Assembly: GCA_012515395.1 (NCBI GenBank)
Contig: JAAYYL010000176.1
Location: forward strand, 3,914 to 67,913
Reading direction: 5' to 3'
Origin: Bacteroidales bacterium
GTDB lineage: Bacteria; Bacteroidota; Bacteroidia; Bacteroidales; UBA932
Length of the DNA: 64,000 nt
Positions 18,232-28,707 of the stretch are shown one piece after another. Both the position numbers and the translations under genes were made by a program. The notes beneath the pieces are model-generated. The model did no database searches, was not told where the DNA came from, and was given only the letters and a program-made list of their open reading frames with translations. Position 1 is the stretch's first letter. Each line of letters starts with the position of its first letter.

Positions 18232-18450
18232 ATGCCCAAACAATCTGCAATAGAAAAAGAAGGTGTAATTATTGAAGCCCTGTCCAATGCCATGTTTCGT
18301 GTGGAGCTGGATAACGGACATGTGATAATTGCGCACATTTCGGGAAAGATGAGGATGCACTACATCCGTATACTACCCGGGGACAGGGTTCGGGTAGAAA
18401 TGTCTCCCTATGATCTTACTAAAGGCCGCATAACCTTTAGGTATAAGTAA
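18232..18450 (+). CDS. infA: Translation initiation factor IF-1
   Basis: [28 protein letters not shown]. Confidence 0.98.
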   Translation: MPKQSAIEKEGVIIEALSNAMFRVELDNGHVIIAHISGKMRMHYIRILPGDRVRVEMSPYDLTKGRITFRYK

Positions 18451-18471
18451 TTATGTTTAAAGATTACTACA

Positions 18472-18588
18472 ATGAAAGTAAAAGCATCCGTTAAAAAGCG
18501 CAGTGAAGATTGTAAAATCGTAAGACGTAAAGGACGTTTGTACGTAATTTGCAAAAAGAACCCCAAGTTCAAAATGCGTCAGGGATAA
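18472..18588 (+). CDS. rpmJ: 50S ribosomal protein L36
   Basis: Below the ORF-track cutoff; hand translation [38 protein letters not shown]. Confidence 0.95.
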   Translation: MKVKASVKKRSEDCKIVRRKGRLYVICKKNPKFKMRQG

Positions 18589-18619
18589 AAACCAGTAAAA
18601 TCAAAAAGTATTATAAATT

Positions 18620-18997
18620 ATGGCACGTATAGCCGGAGTTGACTTACCCAATAACAAACGCGGAGAAATAGGACTGACCTATATCTACGGGATTGGTCGC
18701 AGCTCTGCCCGGGATATCCTGAGCAAAGCGGGGATCGATTTTGACACAAAAGTGAAGGATTGGAATGACGATCAGATCGCAGCCATCCGTTCGCTGATTA
18801 CGGAAGAATACAAAATTGAAGGAGAACTTCGTTCTTCCGTACAAATGAATATCAAAAGGTTGATGGATATCGGTTGCTACAGAGGCATCCGTCATCGTAT
18901 AGGATTGCCGGTACGCGGTCAGACCACCAAAAACAACGCACGTACCCGTAAAGGACGTAAAAAAACGGTGGCTAACAAGAAGAAAGCAACCAAATAA
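18620..18997 (+). CDS. rpsM: 30S ribosomal protein S13
   Basis: [30 protein letters not shown]. Confidence 0.98.
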   Translation: MARIAGVDLPNNKRGEIGLTYIYGIGRSSARDILSKAGIDFDTKVKDWNDDQIAAIRSLITEEYKIEGELRSSVQMNIKRLMDIGCYRGIRHRIGLPVRGQTTKNNARTRKGRKKTVANKKKATK

Positions 18998-19008
18998 CAA
19001 CTGAGATT

Positions 19009-19401
19009 ATGGCAAAAAAATCAAATACTTCCAACAAGAAGAAAGTGGTCAAAGTGGATGCTTACGGACAAGCACACATTTCTTCTACATTCAACAATGT
19101 GATCGTGACCCTGGCTAACAGCGAAGGACAGGTTATCAGTTGGTCCTCCGCCGGAAAAATGGGATTCCGGGGATCCAAGAAAAACACCCCTTATGCTGCC
19201 CAGACAGCTGCTGCCGATTGCGCCAAAGTTGCTTACGACCTGGGATTACGCAAAGTAAAGGCATATGTTAAAGGACCCGGATCGGGCCGCGAGTCTGCCA
19301 TACGCACGATCCACGGAGCCGGTATTGAAATTATGGAAATCATAGATGTAACCCCTCTGCCTCACAACGGATGCCGTCCCAAAGGACGCCGCAGGGTATA
19401 A
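19009..19401 (+). CDS. rpsK: 30S ribosomal protein S11
   Basis: [32 protein letters not shown]. Confidence 0.98.
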   Translation: MAKKSNTSNKKKVVKVDAYGQAHISSTFNNVIVTLANSEGQVISWSSAGKMGFRGSKKNTPYAAQTAAADCAKVAYDLGLRKVKAYVKGPGSGRESAIRTIHGAGIEIMEIIDVTPLPHNGCRPKGRRRV

Positions 19402-19427
19402 TTGTTGATCAATAAAAAAGAAAGAAG

Positions 19428-20033
19428 ATGGCAAGATATACAGGCCCAAAAACAAAAATAGCCCGTAAATTCGGAGAACCGATTTACGGACCGGATAAAA
19501 ATTACGAACGTAAGAATTATCCTCCCGGACAACACGGGATGATGAAGAAACGTAAAAAAACGTCGGAATACGGTATCCAGCTTAAAGAAAAGCAAAAAGT
19601 AAAATATACTTACGGTATTTTAGAACGCCAGTTCCACAATTTGTTCAAAAAAGCGTCTTCCATGAAAGGCCGCAAAGGTGAGAACCTTCTGCTTTTACTG
19701 GAAAGTCGCCTGGACAACATTGTATTCCGTATGGGAATAGCTCCTTCCAGACCCGCAGCACGCCAATTGGTGACTCACCGTCATATAACCGTAGACGGGA
19801 AAGTATGCAACATTCCTTCGGCCCTTATTCGTCCGGGTGCCATAGTTGCTGTAAGGGAACGTTCCAAGAACCTGGAAGTTATTCAGGAGAATATATCCCG
19901 TTCAGTAAGCAAATATCCCTGGATAGAATGGGATGCCGCTTCCGTTTCAGGTAAGTTTTTGAACTTCCCCGACAGGACCGAGATCCCTGAAACTATCAAT
20001 GAGCAATTAATCGTGGAGTTGTACTCCAAGTAA
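19428..20033 (+). CDS. rpsD: 30S ribosomal protein S4
   Basis: [35 protein letters not shown]. Confidence 0.98.
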   Translation: MARYTGPKTKIARKFGEPIYGPDKNYERKNYPPGQHGMMKKRKKTSEYGIQLKEKQKVKYTYGILERQFHNLFKKASSMKGRKGENLLLLLESRLDNIVFRMGIAPSRPAARQLVTHRHITVDGKVCNIPSALIRPGAIVAVRERSKNLEVIQENISRSVSKYPWIEWDAASVSGKFLNFPDRTEIPETINEQLIVELYSK

Positions 20034-20050
20034 CATTTTAAAATTCTACA

Positions 20051-21073
20051 ATGGCCATTTTAGCATTTCAAAAACCCGATAAAGTAATTATGCTTGAAGC
20101 AACCGATACGTTCGGACGTTTTGAGTTCCGTCCCCTGGAACCCGGATACGCCACGACCATCGGAAATGCATTGCGCAGAATACTGTTGTCCTCATTGGAA
20201 GGATACGCACTGACATACGTCAGGATTGACGGTGTTGAACACGAATTTGCAACCATCCCCGGAGTGATGGAAAATGTAGTGGATATCATTCTCAACCTGA
20301 AACAGGTGCGGTTCAAGAGAATGATCGAAGGTGTGGATGAAGAAACGGTCAGAGTGACTGTTAAAGGAAAGGACGTTTTTACTGCAGGTGAGATTTCCAG
20401 GCAGCTTACGTCTTTCAAGGTACTCAATCCGGACTTTGTGATCTGCAACATGGATACTTCAGTTTCCCTTACCATGGAATTGCATATTGGCAAAGGACGC
20501 GGGTATGTACCTGCCGAAGAAAACCGGATTGAAAACGCACCGTTCGGGTTAATCGCCATGGATGCCATTTATACTCCTATCAAGAATGTGAATTATTCTA
20601 TGGATTACTGGCGTGTTGAACAGAAAACCGATTACGAAAAACTGAATATCGAAGTTACCACTGACGGGTCAATTCACCCGAAAGATGCACTGAAAGAAGC
20701 GGCCAGGATACTGATCCACCATTTTATGCTTTTTTCCGACGAGCGTATCAGCCTGGAACTTCCGCAGGAAGATGTCAGTACGGAACTGGATGAAGAATCT
20801 TTGCGTATGCGTCAGCTTCTGTTAACAAAGCTCTCTGATATGGAACTTTCCGTCAGAGCTCTGAATTGCCTGAAAGCTGCCGAGATTGAAACATTTGCAG
20901 ATTTGGTTTCCGTACCCCGTCACGAATTGATGAAATTCCGCAACTTCGGAAAAAAATCACTCACTGAAATTGATATGCTTATGGAGCGTCTGGATCTCTC
21001 TTTTGGAATAGACGTGACCAAGTACAATATTGAAAAGAAAGTAAAGAAACATGAGACACAGAAAGACAATTAA
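20051..21073 (+). CDS. rpoA: RNA polymerase subunit alpha
   Basis: [45 protein letters not shown]. Confidence 0.98.
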   Translation: MAILAFQKPDKVIMLEATDTFGRFEFRPLEPGYATTIGNALRRILLSSLEGYALTYVRIDGVEHEFATIPGVMENVVDIILNLKQVRFKRMIEGVDEETVRVTVKGKDVFTAGEISRQLTSFKVLNPDFVICNMDTSVSLTMELHIGKGRGYVPAEENRIENAPFGLIAMDAIYTPIKNVNYSMDYWRVEQKTDYEKLNIEVTTDGSIHPKDALKEAARILIHHFMLFSDERISLELPQEDVSTELDEESLRMRQLLLTKLSDMELSVRALNCLKAAEIETFADLVSVPRHELMKFRNFGKKSLTEIDMLMERLDLSFGIDVTKYNIEKKVKKHETQKDN

Positions 21074-21617
21074 CCACCTGGGACGCAAAACCGCTCACCG
21101 GAAGGCCATGTTGGCCAATATGGCTTCGTCCCTTATACTTCATAAGCGCATAGAAACTACTGTAGCAAAAGCCAAGGCATTGCGCATTTACGTGGAACCG
21201 CTTATTACAAAATCCAAACTGGATACGACACATTCACGCCGTACCGTCTTTTCCTACCTGAAAGACAAAGATGCCGTGAGTGAACTCTTCCGGGTGGTGG
21301 CTCCTAAGATAGCCGATCGTCCGGGAGGATATACACGTATTCTGAAAACAGGCTTCCGCGCCGGTGATGCCGCAGATATGGCTATGATTGAATTCGTTGA
21401 TTTCAACGAAACCGCTCTTGCCGGATCAACCAAAAAGGAAGTAAAGAAAACGACACGTCGCGGACGTTCAAAAACGGCCAAGGCAAAAACCGAAACAGAA
21501 GCACCTGCAGAAAAACCCGCACCAAAACCTGCAGAAAAGAAAGTAGAGCAGCCGGTTGAAGAAACCGTGACGGAGGAAAAAACAGAAGAAACTTCTGCCG
21601 AAACCGAAAAGGAGTAA
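21051..21617 (+). CDS. rplQ: 50S ribosomal protein L17 with low-complexity C-terminal tail
   Basis: [25 protein letters not shown]-rich tail. Confidence 0.97.
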   Translation: MRHRKTINHLGRKTAHRKAMLANMASSLILHKRIETTVAKAKALRIYVEPLITKSKLDTTHSRRTVFSYLKDKDAVSELFRVVAPKIADRPGGYTRILKTGFRAGDAADMAMIEFVDFNETALAGSTKKEVKKTTRRGRSKTAKAKTETEAPAEKPAPKPAEKKVEQPVEETVTEEKTEETSAETEKE

Positions 21618-21632
21618 GCGGATTAATAGAAA

Positions 21633-21668
21633 ATGTTCCCGGGAAATTTTTCCGGGAATATTTTTTTA
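21633..21668 (+). terminator. Intrinsic terminator of the r-protein operon
   Basis: ATGTTCCCGG-gaaattttt-CCGGGAATAT followed by a T run. Confidence 0.8.
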
Positions 21669-21680
21669 TGCAGGAAGACC

Positions 21681-21688
21681 TATCTTTG
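21681..21688 (+). promoter_or_regulatory. -7 promoter element of tgt operon
   Basis: TATCTTTG, 4 nt before the tgt ATG. Confidence 0.7.
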
Positions 21689-21692
21689 CAAG

Positions 21693-22823
21693 ATGAATTT
21701 CACTGTAGTGAATTGCGACCCGGAAAGTGCAGCAAGAACCGGCCGGATAGACACGGATCACGGAGAGATCCATACGCCCATATTCATGCCCGTAGGGACG
21801 TTGGCTACGGTGAAAGGTCTGTTCCACAAAGAGCTGACAGAAGACGCCAAAGCGCAGATCATTCTGGGTAATACGTATCATCTGTATTTGCGTCCGGGTA
21901 CTGACATTATTGGCAAAGCAGGCGGGTTCCATAAATTTTGCAGTTGGGACAAGCCTGTTTTAACAGATAGCGGAGGATACCAGGTCTTTTCATTGGCCGC
22001 AAAACGCAAGCTTACTCCCGAAGGGTACTATTTTCAATCCCACATTGACGGATCCCGACATTTCTTTTCACCGGAAAAAACTGTAGATGTGCAGCGTATC
22101 ATTGGGGCCGACATCATTATGGCCCTTGATGAATGCACTCCCGGAGATGCGACTTACGACTATGCCCGCGATTCTATGTTTCTAACACAACAATGGCTTG
22201 AGAGGGGAATGACGCATTTTCACCGGACACGGGATTTGTACGGGTACAGTCAGGCTTATTTCCCTATTGTACAGGGATGTACTTACCCCGAATTGAGAAA
22301 ACAAGCTGCGGAACATGCCGCCGGGCTGGATGCCCAGGGGTATGCCATCGGGGGACTTTCCGTGGGCGAGCCGGCCGAGGTTATGTATCAGATGATTGAA
22401 ACGGTAGACCCGTATTTACCAAAAGACAGACCCCGTTATTTGATGGGAGTGGGAACTCCCGCCAACATTCTGGAAGGTATTGCCCGGGGCATTGATATGT
22501 TTGACTGTGTAATGCCCACAAGAAACGGACGGAACGGCATGTTGTTTACTCGGGACGGTATTGTAAATATCAAAAACCGGAAATGGGCAGATGACCTTTC
22601 TCCTGTTGATGACAAAGGGACATCTTTTGTGGACCGGACTTATTCGCGGGCCTATCTGAGACACTTATTTGTCGCAGGTGAAATGCTGGGGCCCCAGATT
22701 GCCAGCCTGCATAATCTGGCGTTTTATTTGCAACTGGTTAAAGAAGCTGCGGAACATATTGAAGCCGGGGATTTTACAATCTGGAAAAATCAAATGGTTA
22801 AACGTTTGGAAACAAGGCTCTAA
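21693..22823 (+). CDS. tgt: tRNA-guanine transglycosylase
   Basis: TPIFMPVGT, ILGNTYHL, LTDSGGYQVFSL, DMFDCVMPTRNGR, HNL. Confidence 0.97.
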   Translation: MNFTVVNCDPESAARTGRIDTDHGEIHTPIFMPVGTLATVKGLFHKELTEDAKAQIILGNTYHLYLRPGTDIIGKAGGFHKFCSWDKPVLTDSGGYQVFSLAAKRKLTPEGYYFQSHIDGSRHFFSPEKTVDVQRIIGADIIMALDECTPGDATYDYARDSMFLTQQWLERGMTHFHRTRDLYGYSQAYFPIVQGCTYPELRKQAAEHAAGLDAQGYAIGGLSVGEPAEVMYQMIETVDPYLPKDRPRYLMGVGTPANILEGIARGIDMFDCVMPTRNGRNGMLFTRDGIVNIKNRKWADDLSPVDDKGTSFVDRTYSRAYLRHLFVAGEMLGPQIASLHNLAFYLQLVKEAAEHIEAGDFTIWKNQMVKRLETRL

Positions 22824-23938
22824 TGCAAAAAAATAAAGACAACAAACGACCGTACAATTTCCATATTACCACATTGGATTGGTATATAATACGGAAATTT
22901 ATTGGCACGTATTTTTTTGCTATTCTCATTATAATTGGTATCGTTATCATTTTTGATATCAGTGAAAAGATTGATGATTTTGTAGATAAAGAAGCCCCCC
23001 TTCGCGCTGTAGTGGTTGACTATTACATGAATTTCATCCCGTATTTCATGAATATGTTTTCTCCGCTGTTCGTCTTTATTTCCGTGATTTTCTTTACTTC
23101 AAAACTGGCCGGACACAGCGAGATCATTGCTATGCTCAGCGGAGGTATCAGTTTCAACCGGATCATGTATCCCTATATTTTGTCTGCTTTGTTCATTGCC
23201 GTGCTCTCTTTGGCCTTGAACTGGTTTGTAATACCTCCTGCAAACAAGAACCGCCTGGCATTTGAAGAACGTTATCTGAAAACAAGAACGGAATACAACC
23301 GCAACATTCATTACCAGGTTGAACCCGGGTCTTATGTTTATATTGAATCTTACAATACGTGGAACAACACAGCCATACGTTTCACACTGGAAACCTTCCG
23401 GGGCAACGAACTGATTTCAAAACTTTCGGCAGAAACTGCGCGTTGGGATTCCACTTCCGGGAAATGGCGCCTGAATGAATACAACATCCGCCGTTTTTCC
23501 GATACGGCACATAAAGTAACCTGGGGCAGACAGCTGGATACCCTGATAGACATAACGGGAGCGGACCTGGTCCGCCGTAAAGAATCTGTGGAACAATTCA
23601 ACCTCAGCCAGCTGAACCGTTTTATTGAAACGCTCAGAATGAGGGGAGATACAAATATTAAATTCGCCCTGATCCAGAAAAACTCAAGGTTGGCTATTCC
23701 GTTCTCGTCCTTTATTCTTACGATCATGGGAGTTGCCTTGTCCTCACGCAAAAGAAGAGGAGGTATAGGCTTAAATATCGGGATCGGGATTGCCCTGAGT
23801 TTTTCCTATATTCTGTTCCTGAGGTTTTCGGAAATGTTTGTTCACGCAGATGCATTGCCGCCGGCCATTGCATTGTGGATCCCCAATGTACTCTATGCGA
23901 TGATTGCATTGGTATTGTACCGCCTGGCACCAAAATAA
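22823..23938 (+). CDS. LptF/LptG family LPS export permease (LptG-like)
   Basis: LDWYIIRKF, SEIIAMLSGGIS, RRGG..IGIG, AIALWIPN. Confidence 0.88.
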   Translation: MQKNKDNKRPYNFHITTLDWYIIRKFIGTYFFAILIIIGIVIIFDISEKIDDFVDKEAPLRAVVVDYYMNFIPYFMNMFSPLFVFISVIFFTSKLAGHSEIIAMLSGGISFNRIMYPYILSALFIAVLSLALNWFVIPPANKNRLAFEERYLKTRTEYNRNIHYQVEPGSYVYIESYNTWNNTAIRFTLETFRGNELISKLSAETARWDSTSGKWRLNEYNIRRFSDTAHKVTWGRQLDTLIDITGADLVRRKESVEQFNLSQLNRFIETLRMRGDTNIKFALIQKNSRLAIPFSSFILTIMGVALSSRKRRGGIGLNIGIGIALSFSYILFLRFSEMFVHADALPPAIALWIPNVLYAMIALVLYRLAPK

Positions 23939-23960
23939 GGATATAAAACCTGATATCTAT

Positions 23961-24917
23961 ATGAGTAAAACTATCTTAATTGTCGGAGCCGGAGGGCAGA
24001 TTGGAACGGAATTGATCCCGCATATGCAACAGCTATACGGGGAAGACCACGTAATTGCTGCCGAATTGCGTCCCCAGGTGTGTGAGAAATTATCGGAAAA
24101 AGTTCGTGTTGAATGTTTAAATGCACTGGATGCACGGGCGTACGCATCGGTGATTAAGAAATACAGACCTGACTGGATTTTCAACCTGGTTGCCGTACTC
24201 TCGGCAACAGGAGAAAAAGATCCGCAGACAGCATGGCACGTCAATATGGGAGCTCTGCTCAACAGCCTGGAATTGGCCAGGGAATACAAATGCGGAGTTT
24301 TCACCCCCAGTTCAATAGGCGCATTCGGAAGCAACACTCCCTCAAACGGAACTCCGCAAGATACCGTGATGCGACCAAATACCATATACGGGGTTTGTAA
24401 AGTATCGGGAGAATTGTTGTCCGATTATTATTATTCAAGGTTTGGCGTAGACACTCGCAGTGTCCGTTTTCCGGGCATTATATCTCACGGGACGCTTCCC
24501 GGAGGAGGTACTACCGATTATGCCGTAGAGATATTTTACGCGGCCGTTAAGGGTGAATCCTACACATGTCCCATTCCTCACAATTCTTACATGGACATGA
24601 TGTATATGCCGGATGCCCTGCAGGCATGCAGTGGCCTGATTGAAGCAGATCCTTCACGATTGAAGCACCGGAACAGTTTCAACATTACGGCCATGAGCTT
24701 TTGCCCCAGGGAGCTTTACGAAGTTATCCGGCGCCGTGTCCCTGATTTTAAGATGACCTACCGGGTGGATCCCGTAAAACAAGCCATAGCGGATTCCTGG
24801 CCCGATTACATGGATGATACATGTGCTCGTGAAGAATGGGGATGGAACCCTGTCTGGGACATTGATGCCATGGCTGACGACATGCTAAGGAATCTGAAAG
24901 TAAAATTGTTGAAGTGA
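23961..24917 (+). CDS. SDR-type L-threonine 3-dehydrogenase-like NAD-dependent epimerase/dehydratase
   Basis: GAGGQIG, LSATGEK.P, PSSIGAFG, YGVCK, PGGGTTDYAV. Confidence 0.85.
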   Translation: MSKTILIVGAGGQIGTELIPHMQQLYGEDHVIAAELRPQVCEKLSEKVRVECLNALDARAYASVIKKYRPDWIFNLVAVLSATGEKDPQTAWHVNMGALLNSLELAREYKCGVFTPSSIGAFGSNTPSNGTPQDTVMRPNTIYGVCKVSGELLSDYYYSRFGVDTRSVRFPGIISHGTLPGGGTTDYAVEIFYAAVKGESYTCPIPHNSYMDMMYMPDALQACSGLIEADPSRLKHRNSFNITAMSFCPRELYEVIRRRVPDFKMTYRVDPVKQAIADSWPDYMDDTCAREEWGWNPVWDIDAMADDMLRNLKVKLLK

Positions 24918-24918
24918 G

Positions 24919-25869
24919 ATGGATTATCTGTTGATCATTGCGGGCTTTGTTCTTTTAACCGGAGGCGCCAATTTTTTGATAAACGGAGCCACGGGCCTGG
25001 CCGCGAAACTCAATATTTCAAACCTGGTGATCGGTTTGACGGTAGTGGCTTTTGGCACTTCCGCTCCTGAACTGGTGGTCAATGTGGTGGCAGCAATCGA
25101 GGGAAGCAATGAAATTGCACTGACCAATGTGCTGGGAAGCAACTCCATCAATACGTTTGTTATACTCGGCATGTCTGCCCTGTTTTATCCTTTGTTGGCA
25201 CAACGGTCGACCATCCGGGTAGAGATACCCCTGAGTTTGTTTGCTGCCGTTGCAGTACTCGTTTTGGGCAGCGGCATGTTCCTCTCACCGGTAAAAGGAC
25301 TGTCCCGCCTGGACGGGGTGTTTCTCCTGCTTTGTTTTACGCTGTTCATATTTTATATATTTTACCTGGGGAAAAAAGGAAAAGCGCCTGTGGCAGATGA
25401 AAACTACAAGCCGATGGGCATTGCAAAAGCTGTTTCTTTGGTGGTTGGCGGTTTGGCCTGTCTTGCCATCGGGGCCGAGATGATCGTCCGTTCCGCGGTA
25501 AACCTGGCTGTGTCGTGGGGCGTAAGCCAGGCAGTAGTGGGGGTAACGATCGTGGCCCTTGGAACGTCGCTTCCCGAGTTGGCCACCTCCGTGGCCGCTG
25601 CCTACAAAAAAAGCTCCGACATTGCCGTGGGAAATATTATCGGATCCAACATATTCAACGTTTTCCTGGTATTGGGAGTAAGTGCCGTGATCCGGCCCCT
25701 GCCCATGTATCCCAATCTGGTTGCCGATGCTGCCGTAGCAGCCTCGGGAAGTCTTCTTGTACTGATTTTTGCAGGACTCGGCAAAAAGCACACATTAAAA
25801 AGAATACACGGCATCATCCTGCTGGCCGTCTATGCCGCATACCTGGCGTGGATCATTGGTACGTTGTAA
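24919..25869 (+). CDS. Calcium/sodium antiporter (CaCA, YrbG-like)
   Basis: Two alpha repeats: GTSAPEL...GSN and GTSLPEL...GNIIGSN. Confidence 0.92.
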   Translation: MDYLLIIAGFVLLTGGANFLINGATGLAAKLNISNLVIGLTVVAFGTSAPELVVNVVAAIEGSNEIALTNVLGSNSINTFVILGMSALFYPLLAQRSTIRVEIPLSLFAAVAVLVLGSGMFLSPVKGLSRLDGVFLLLCFTLFIFYIFYLGKKGKAPVADENYKPMGIAKAVSLVVGGLACLAIGAEMIVRSAVNLAVSWGVSQAVVGVTIVALGTSLPELATSVAAAYKKSSDIAVGNIIGSNIFNVFLVLGVSAVIRPLPMYPNLVADAAVAASGSLLVLIFAGLGKKHTLKRIHGIILLAVYAAYLAWIIGTL

Positions 25870-25872
25870 ATT

Positions 25873-27315
25873 CTATAGGAACATGCCGATCATGGAAGCC
25901 GAGAGCAACCCGGCCAATGTGGCTCCCAGCAGTGCCCTGAAGCCGTATTTGGCCAGCAAATGCCTTTGGTTGGGAGCTATTCCTCCTATTCCTCCTATCT
26001 GTATTCCTACAGAAGCAAAATTGGCAAACCCGCATAATACATAGGTGGAAATGATCAGGGATTTTGTGCTTACAAAAGAACCTGCCTGAATCATTTGTGC
26101 CAGGCTGCTGTATCCGACAAATTCAGTCATAATAAGTTTTTCTCCAAGCAAACGCCCGACCAGGGCAATGTCTTGTCCGGTAACACCTGTAAGCCAGATA
26201 ACAGGGGCAAAAAGATAAGAAAGAATGCATTCCATTGACAGGCTGTCATACATTCCGTTTGTCCAGTCGGCAATCAGATTGTTCAGATGCGTCCATTGTC
26301 CCACTTTCCCGAATATGTAATTTGCTCCGGCGATCAATGCGTAAAAGACCAATAACATGGCAGCTACGTTTGCAGCCAGTTTTAGTCCGTCAATAGATCC
26401 GTTTGCTATGGAATCCAACGCACTTTTTCCCATTTTCTCTTTGGAAACGCTGACCGAATTGTCAATGGTTTCAGTCTGCGGCACAAGGATCTTTGCCATG
26501 GCTATGGCTCCGGGCGCAGCCATAACCGATGCCGAAAGAAGGTGTTTGGCAAAGGCTACGCTCATTTGAAGATCTCCCCCGCCCAACATCCCGATGTAAG
26601 CGGCCAATACCCCGCCGGCCATGGTACTCATGCCGGCTGTCATGACAAGCATGACCTCGGACTTTGTCATTTTTGGAATGTATGCCTTAACAAGCAGCGG
26701 GGCTTCTGTCTGGCCAAGGAAAATGTTCCCGGCAGTTGAAAGACTCTCGGCTCCGGATATGCGCATAAGTTTAGTAAAGACCCAGGCCATCACCCATACT
26801 ACTTTCTGAATGACTCCCCAATAAAACAAAAGGGAGGTGAGGGCAGAGAAAAATATGATAGTGGGCAGTATCTGGAAGGCAAAAACATAGCCGAACCGAC
26901 TTTGGTCCATCAACGAACCGAACAGGAATTCAGATCCTGCTCTTGTCCAGTCCAGGACTTTGACAAATGCCCTCCCGAAGACATCAAAAACCATCTGTAC
27001 GGCAGGTACGGAAAGGATCCCAATAGCAATGAGCAGTTGCAGGGCAAGGGCTATTCCCACGGTGCGCCAGCTGACGTGGCGCCTGTCTGTGCTGAAAAGC
27101 CAGGCAATCAATAACAGGGAAAAAATACCCAGCAAACCTCTGAGTATGGACTTTATGTTGAAGACAAATTGCCGGCTTTCCAAGATGCCCTGGTAAGGAT
27201 TCTCTGCTTCCAGGATTTCTGTGCCGGATTGAACCACAAGCGTGGAATCGTTTTGTGCCTGCATGACATTTACCGATAACACCATACAGAAGAGAAGAAA
27301 TAGAACTTTTTTCAC
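25873..27315 (-). CDS. Na+/nucleoside CNT transporter (NupC family)
   Basis: LPTIIFFSAL, NIFLGQTEAPL, SVMAAP, EFVGY, LCGFANFASVGIQIG; GTG start. Confidence 0.92.
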   Translation of the reverse strand: MKKVLFLLFCMVLSVNVMQAQNDSTLVVQSGTEILEAENPYQGILESRQFVFNIKSILRGLLGIFSLLLIAWLFSTDRRHVSWRTVGIALALQLLIAIGILSVPAVQMVFDVFGRAFVKVLDWTRAGSEFLFGSLMDQSRFGYVFAFQILPTIIFFSALTSLLFYWGVIQKVVWVMAWVFTKLMRISGAESLSTAGNIFLGQTEAPLLVKAYIPKMTKSEVMLVMTAGMSTMAGGVLAAYIGMLGGGDLQMSVAFAKHLLSASVMAAPGAIAMAKILVPQTETIDNSVSVSKEKMGKSALDSIANGSIDGLKLAANVAAMLLVFYALIAGANYIFGKVGQWTHLNNLIADWTNGMYDSLSMECILSYLFAPVIWLTGVTGQDIALVGRLLGEKLIMTEFVGYSSLAQMIQAGSFVSTKSLIISTYVLCGFANFASVGIQIGGIGGIAPNQRHLLAKYGFRALLGATLAGLLSASMIGMFL

Positions 27316-27340
27316 AAGGATGGTTTTTGGAGTAACTGCG

Positions 27341-27366
27341 CAAAGATAAACAAAATGCTAACTTTG
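27341..27366. promoter_or_regulatory. Back-to-back -7 elements (nucleoside transporter / GSCFA)
   Basis: TATCTTTG minus 27348-27341; TAACTTTG plus 27359-27366. Confidence 0.7.
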
Positions 27367-27371
27367 CGCAT

Positions 27372-28310
27372 ATGGAATGGCAAACAAAAATAACAACAGA
27401 ATACTTACAACATCCGCTTTCTTATGCCAACAGGTTCTTGTTTGCGGGATCTTGTTTTGCACAGGAAATGGCACAACAAATGAAGGATCTGCATTTTCAG
27501 GTGGCCAAAGACGCTTTTGGCCCGTTGTTTAACCCGGCTTCCATTGCTTCCGCCCTGGAACGCCTGGAAAACCCCGGATTCATTAAAATGGAAGATGTGA
27601 TGCAATTCCCTTATGAAGCTTTCGGTTCTTTGTGGCATCATACTTCATTTTCAAGGGAAACGCCGGAGGCTTTTTTGGAAAACGCCAATGCCGGTCTTAA
27701 GGAAGCTTCGTGCTTTTTCAAGAAAGCCGATATAATTGTCATTACTTTTGGAACGGCCTGGGTTTATAAATACAACGGATCGGTAGTGGCCAACTGCCAC
27801 AAAATGCCGGCGCGTCTTTTTGATCGTGTATTTTTAGAACCGGAGGAAATTGATGAAATATTTGCCCCTGTCATTGAAAGGAACCGGGATAAAACATGGA
27901 TCATGACCGTCAGTCCCATACGTCATCTGGCTGACGGGGCCCACGGCAACCAATTGAGCAAGGCATCCCTTCATCTTGCCGTAAAGCGATTGCAGGAAAG
28001 GTTTTCCAATATTTGGTACTTTCCATCCTACGAACTGGTAATGGACGAATTGCGTGATTACAGGTTTTACGGACCCGACCGCTGCCACCTGACACAGGAA
28101 ACCACCGCTTACATCCGGGACCGCTTTCTGGAAGCTGCTGCAGATCAGGAAACCAGGGCTCTGGTAAAGGAAATGCACAAGCTTAATACCTCTTTTGCGC
28201 ACAAACCCCTCTTTCCCCGTTCGGGATCTTACGGAAAATTTGTCAAAAATCTGGAGAAACAAGAGGCTGAATTGCTGCAAACTATTGGAAACAAAATAAA
28301 AAAGTGTTAG
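27372..28310 (+). CDS. GSCFA domain protein
   Basis: GSCFA motif, ITFGTAW, VANCHK, TVSPIRH, YFPSYE..MDELRDYRFY. Confidence 0.92.
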   Translation: MEWQTKITTEYLQHPLSYANRFLFAGSCFAQEMAQQMKDLHFQVAKDAFGPLFNPASIASALERLENPGFIKMEDVMQFPYEAFGSLWHHTSFSRETPEAFLENANAGLKEASCFFKKADIIVITFGTAWVYKYNGSVVANCHKMPARLFDRVFLEPEEIDEIFAPVIERNRDKTWIMTVSPIRHLADGAHGNQLSKASLHLAVKRLQERFSNIWYFPSYELVMDELRDYRFYGPDRCHLTQETTAYIRDRFLEAAADQETRALVKEMHKLNTSFAHKPLFPRSGSYGKFVKNLEKQEAELLQTIGNKIKKC

Positions 28311-28362
28311 ATTTGTGGCAGATGCCTTATGAAAACATTCATTTAACCTAATATTTACTATT

Positions 28363-28620
28363 ATGAACAAAGCAGATCTTATTGCCGCAATGGCTGCAGA
28401 ATCCGGACTTTCAAAAGTTGATTCAAAAAAAGCACTGGACGCTTTTCTTGCCACAACAACCAAAGCCATGAAAAAAGGTGAAAGAGTTACTCTTGTCGGG
28501 TTTGGCTCATTTGTTGTGGGACACAGGGGCGAAAGGACAGGACGTAATCCTCGTACCGGGGCCACCATTAAAATCAAAGCTAAAAAAGTTGTTAAGTTCC
28601 GCCCCAGTATTGAACTGTAG
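28363..28620 (+). CDS. hup: DNA-binding protein HU
   Basis: MNKADLI, LVGFGSF, RTGRNPRTG; upstream TAGATTTG at 28308-28315. Confidence 0.95.
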   Translation: MNKADLIAAMAAESGLSKVDSKKALDAFLATTTKAMKKGERVTLVGFGSFVVGHRGERTGRNPRTGATIKIKAKKVVKFRPSIEL

Positions 28621-28658
28621 CCAATGTTACAACATCAACCTGACGCGAGTCGGGTAAG

Positions 28659-28690
28659 AAAAAGGAGGACGCGTGTGTTCTCCTTTTTAT
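28659..28690 (+). terminator. Intrinsic (possibly bidirectional) terminator after hup
   Basis: AAAAAGGAGGACG-cgtg-TGTTCTCCTTTTT. Confidence 0.75.
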
Positions 28691-28707
28691 GTACATATTC
28701 AGGATAA

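Noticed and set aside
18436..18461. dif-like sequence (..GTATAA-GTAA-TTATGTTTAAA) at the infA stop
   Set aside because: Spacer is 4 bp rather than 6, the arms are imperfect, and it sits inside the r-protein operon
13178..18588. S14 and L36 lacking full zinc-ribbon cysteines as a zinc-starvation paralogue signal
   Set aside because: These are the standard Bacteroidota forms in the main operon
21480..21617. ACCTGCAGAAAA direct repeat and low-complexity sequence in the rplQ tail
   Set aside because: Coding repeat (PAEK) in the K/E/A-rich L17 extension that is common in Bacteroidota
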